Part shown: in pieces, positions 61,032-64,000 of the stretch
Numbering within the stretch: position 1 is the stretch's first letter
How the letters are laid out: every line of letters begins with the position of its first letter
Source: Peptococcaceae bacterium
GTDB taxonomy: Bacteria; Bacillota; DSM-521; Neomoorellales; Neomoorellaceae
Reading direction: 5' to 3'
Length of the DNA stretch: 64,000 nucleotides
Assembly: GCA_003509545.1 (NCBI GenBank)
Contig: DOLC01000002.1
Location: 21,306 to 85,305 of the forward strand
The notes under the pieces: model-generated
What the model was told of the DNA's origin: nothing
The model's input: only the letters and a program-made list of their open reading frames with translations
Database searches by the model: none
Translations under genes and position numbers: made by a program

Positions 61032-61060
61032 TAGTATGCATCCCTAAGAAGGTTTTATGC
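61032..61060 (-). promoter_or_regulatory. Sigma-G promoter of SASP gene
   Basis: GCATA-N17-CATACTA. Confidence 0.8.
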
Positions 61061-61142
61061 TAAAATAAAACTAGTATTATTTGGTCAGCGAAACTTCTAC
61101 TTTTATACTAAGAAAAGAAAAAATAAGCCGGATTGCTACCGG

Positions 61143-61538
61143 CTACACCTTCCCACCATATTTTTCCACAATTTTTATAGCTTCCTCCGCCCGGTCCTCC
61201 GGAGCTACAACCGTAACCAAAAATCCCTCGTTACCCGCCACGCCGTAATTGCACAGGCCCACACCGCTCACCGAAGGCTCGGCGGCCAAAAGGGCCCGGG
61301 TATCGGTTTTTACCGCCGGATGAATATCTTCACCGTAAAGGGTCAAACCGGTGACGGTGTTGGCCTGACTGGCCAGAGGGTTGTTGTAACGGTCGTCGAA
61401 ACGGGTGCCGAACCGGCCCACCCGGTCCAGCTGCACATCCTGAAAGCCGGCCTTTTTCAGGGCGTTTACCACCTCCTGGGCTTTGGTGCTGCTGGCGAAG
61501 GATACCAATAGCGACCTCTCTCCCGGATTTAACCGCAT
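61143..61538 (-). CDS. Conserved hypothetical protein
   Basis: GAGGAGG RBS; downstream hairpin and T-tract; VQLDR and LLAAEPSVSG motifs; function not recognised. Confidence 0.75.
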   Translation of the reverse strand: MRLNPGERSLLVSFASSTKAQEVVNALKKAGFQDVQLDRVGRFGTRFDDRYNNPLASQANTVTGLTLYGEDIHPAVKTDTRALLAAEPSVSGVGLCNYGVAGNEGFLVTVVAPEDRAEEAIKIVEKYGGKV

Positions 61539-61578
61539 ACCGCTGCACCTTACCTCCTCAAAATCTGCTTGATATGCT

Positions 61579-62793
61579 CTAGTCTGTCTTGAAAAACAGG
61601 CGGTCATGCGCTGCAGTACGCCCCTTCAGGCTTCCCCGGGGAAAGGCACTCTTTAAATCACCGGCCTCGCCAATGATAAAACGAGTATAGCGGCTGCTGC
61701 CCAGGAGAGCGCTCAAGAAAGCCGAAATTATTATTACCGCCGCCGGTTCCAGGACCGCTAACAGGGAACCGAACAGGCTAATATATTCCCAGCAATAGCT
61801 GTTAAAGAAATAGAGTACTGCAGGGTGAAGGAGATAAATCCCTAAAGAATTGGACGCCAGAAAGGAAACCGCTCCGGACATGAAACCCCTACCTTCGAGA
61901 TAATAGGCCTTTTGGAAACAAAAGACAATAAGGGTTAGGCTGTATAAATAAATGCTGGGCTTAAAAACGCTGATGGTCAGAGCCCAGGACTGGCCCCTGT
62001 ATAAGTAAAAATAAAAGTATTCGCCCACCACCCAGGCAGTGGTACAGAACAAAAGGATCAAGACGGCCTGCCGGTGATCCTGCAGCCACCGCCGCCATTT
62101 TTCCATGTACAGGCCTGCAAGGGCGCCAAAAAGATAGTAAGGAAAATAAGAAAAGACGAGGCGGTCTTTGTAAAGCATGAACCATTCCGCCATACCGGCC
62201 AGGGGCGTACCGGCTACTGCGGACTTTACCAGTTCCCCGTGCACCTCGAAGAGATAATGATAAAGGGCATAAAGGATGAGGCCCGCAAAGATAACAACCT
62301 TCGCCACAACTTCCGGCCGCCGAGGTTTAAAAAAGGTAACGAGGAGGGGAAAGGCCAGGTAAAACTGGAGGGCCACCAAAATGTAATAGAGGTGACTGAA
62401 ACCATTGCCGTTTAAGACATTCTGCCCCCATAAGGCCAGAAAACTGCCCCAGGAATTCCACTCGAGCATCCCAGAGATGCGTTTGACCAAGAGATAGAGG
62501 GCCGTCCAAATAATATAAGGTATAGCTACATTTTTCCATCTCCGGCTAAAAAAACGACGCAAATCAACTTTGCCCTCGCCATAATTATAAAAGAGCACAA
62601 GCCCTGTAATGAACATGAAGACCTGGCGGCCGAACCGGAAGAGATTTACTCCCAGTTCCTGGACGATGCGAGTGTAAGGGTGTTCGACCGGCATTAACAG
62701 GTAGAAGCCCCATGCATGAATGAATACGATGGTTACCAGCCCGAAAACCCGCAGGTAGTCAACTTCACCAACATGGGGTTTTCCCACAGCCAC
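61579..62793 (-). CDS. Acyltransferase-3 family membrane protein
   Basis: DYLR..H, FMFITG, HLYYI..QFYL.FP, SLGIYLLHP. Confidence 0.88.
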   Translation of the reverse strand: MAVGKPHVGEVDYLRVFGLVTIVFIHAWGFYLLMPVEHPYTRIVQELGVNLFRFGRQVFMFITGLVLFYNYGEGKVDLRRFFSRRWKNVAIPYIIWTALYLLVKRISGMLEWNSWGSFLALWGQNVLNGNGFSHLYYILVALQFYLAFPLLVTFFKPRRPEVVAKVVIFAGLILYALYHYLFEVHGELVKSAVAGTPLAGMAEWFMLYKDRLVFSYFPYYLFGALAGLYMEKWRRWLQDHRQAVLILLFCTTAWVVGEYFYFYLYRGQSWALTISVFKPSIYLYSLTLIVFCFQKAYYLEGRGFMSGAVSFLASNSLGIYLLHPAVLYFFNSYCWEYISLFGSLLAVLEPAAVIIISAFLSALLGSSRYTRFIIGEAGDLKSAFPRGSLKGRTAAHDRLFFKTD

Positions 62794-62937
62794 CCCACCC
62801 TTTCACTGTCCATTTTAGAGCGCAGCCGAAAAGAAGCCGACGCACGGATAAAGGCTATACAGGAAGACAGAAAAAGGCCCCCGGGCCTGGACGAAACCTC
62901 CGAGCGGCCCGGCCGGACCCCTTTCCTTCCTTGAAAT

Positions 62938-63999
62938 CTATACCTCCCAGGAGGCCAGCTTTTCTTCGGCCAAAGCCTTCAGCCCGGCGTATTCCGGCCG
63001 CTCCAGGTATCCCGATTGGATTAGAAAATGAGCGTCCTTACGCGCCTGCTCCAGCACCGCCAGATCCCGGGGAAACTGGGCCAGACGGAACTCGGGCCAC
63101 CCGTGCTGGCGGGTACCGAAAAATTCTCCGGGTCCCCGCAACTGCAAATCGGCTTCGGCAATGGCAAAGCCGTCGTTGTTGTCCACCAGCACCTTTAGAC
63201 GCCGGCCCGCTTCGCCGCGGTTGTTTTCGGTAATCAGCAAACAATAAGCCTGATGGCTGCTGCGGGCCACCCTGCCCCGGAGCTGGTGTAGTTGGGCCAA
63301 ACCGTACCGCTCGGCGCCTTCGATAACTATAACCGTGGCATTGGGTACATCCACCCCTACCTCGATGACGGTGGTGCCCACCAGAATTTGAAGGTCTCCC
63401 CGGCGGAAACGCTCCATAACCACTTCTTTTTCCGCCGGGCGGAGGCGCCCGTGGATCAGACCCACTTTAAAGGCCGGAAAGACCCTTTCCTGCAGCTCCC
63501 TGGCCCGCGCCGTAGCCGCAGCCGCCTCTTCGGTTTCCCTTCCCTCGATGAGGGGGCAGATTATATAAGCCTGCCTACCGGCCTGCACCTCCCTGGCCAC
63601 CAGGCGGTAGGCCTGACCCCGCTGGCGGCCAGTCAAGACATAAGTGGCCACCGGTCTTCTGCCAGGGGGCAGTTCGTCGATAAGGGAAACATCCAAATCG
63701 CCATAAGCCACCAGGGCCAGGGTTCTCGGGATGGGGGTGGCCGTCATGACCAGCAGGTCGGGCGTGCTCCCCTTGGCCGGCAACTGGGCCCGCTGGCGCA
63801 CGCCAAAACGGTGTTGCTCATCGATTACTGCTAAGCCCAAGGCCCTAAATTTTACGCCCTCCTGAATGAGGGCATGGGTTCCTACTACCACCGATATCTG
63901 TCCACCCTCCAGCCCCGCAAGAACCCGTTCCTTCTCCCGGCGGTTGGTACTACCGGTTAAAAGGGCTACCGGTAGACCCAGCGAGCCCAGCAGTCGTCT
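62938..63999 (-). CDS. recG: ATP-dependent DNA helicase RecG (5' part outside window)
   Basis: GTHAL, DEQHRFG, TATPIPRT, QLHQLRGRV, DLQLRGPG. Confidence 0.96.
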   Translation of the reverse strand, partial: RRLLGSLGLPVALLTGSTNRREKERVLAGLEGGQISVVVGTHALIQEGVKFRALGLAVIDEQHRFGVRQRAQLPAKGSTPDLLVMTATPIPRTLALVAYGDLDVSLIDELPPGRRPVATYVLTGRQRGQAYRLVAREVQAGRQAYIICPLIEGRETEEAAAATARARELQERVFPAFKVGLIHGRLRPAEKEVVMERFRRGDLQILVGTTVIEVGVDVPNATVIVIEGAERYGLAQLHQLRGRVARSSHQAYCLLITENNRGEAGRRLKVLVDNNDGFAIAEADLQLRGPGEFFGTRQHGWPEFRLAQFPRDLAVLEQARKDAHFLIQSGYLERPEYAGLKALAEEKLASWEV

Positions 64000-64000
64000 G

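Overview
A 64-kb GC-rich chromosomal segment from a spore-forming anaerobic Firmicute. Gene content and order suggest a Moorella/Thermanaeromonas-like organism (inference). Most genes are on the minus strand. In order: (1) an accessory N-heterocycle catabolic cluster (PucR regulator, maleate-isomerase/racemase family, PreA-like reductase, DUF6282-type metallohydrolase, NdhL/NdhM-like split Mo-hydroxylase, TRAP transporter); (2) a ferredoxin-domain protein, metallophosphoesterase, isocitrate dehydrogenase and a hydantoinase+HDAC pair; (3) an 11-subunit complex I (nuoABCDHIJKLMN, no EFG); (4) the conserved rnhB-rbgA-lepB-rplS-trmD-rimM-khpA-rpsP-ffh-ylxM-ftsY-smc-rnc-fab-plsX-fapR-rpmF-ackA-ylbJ-rsmD backbone; (5) iorAB-paaK, a MoeA-like gene, a redox operon, gpr, SASP and recG. 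Features the ORF track misses: a rubredoxin, an in-frame-UGA selenoprotein heading a Trx/ferredoxin operon, a CsfG-like sRNA and an attenuator leader before iorA. The most striking unexplained signal is a ~570-bp non-coding element at 26.8-27.4 kb. It consists of two ~280-nt copies nested one inside the other, with compensatory long-range base pairing and a recurring junction motif. All calls come from reading the sequence by eye; no database searches were run.
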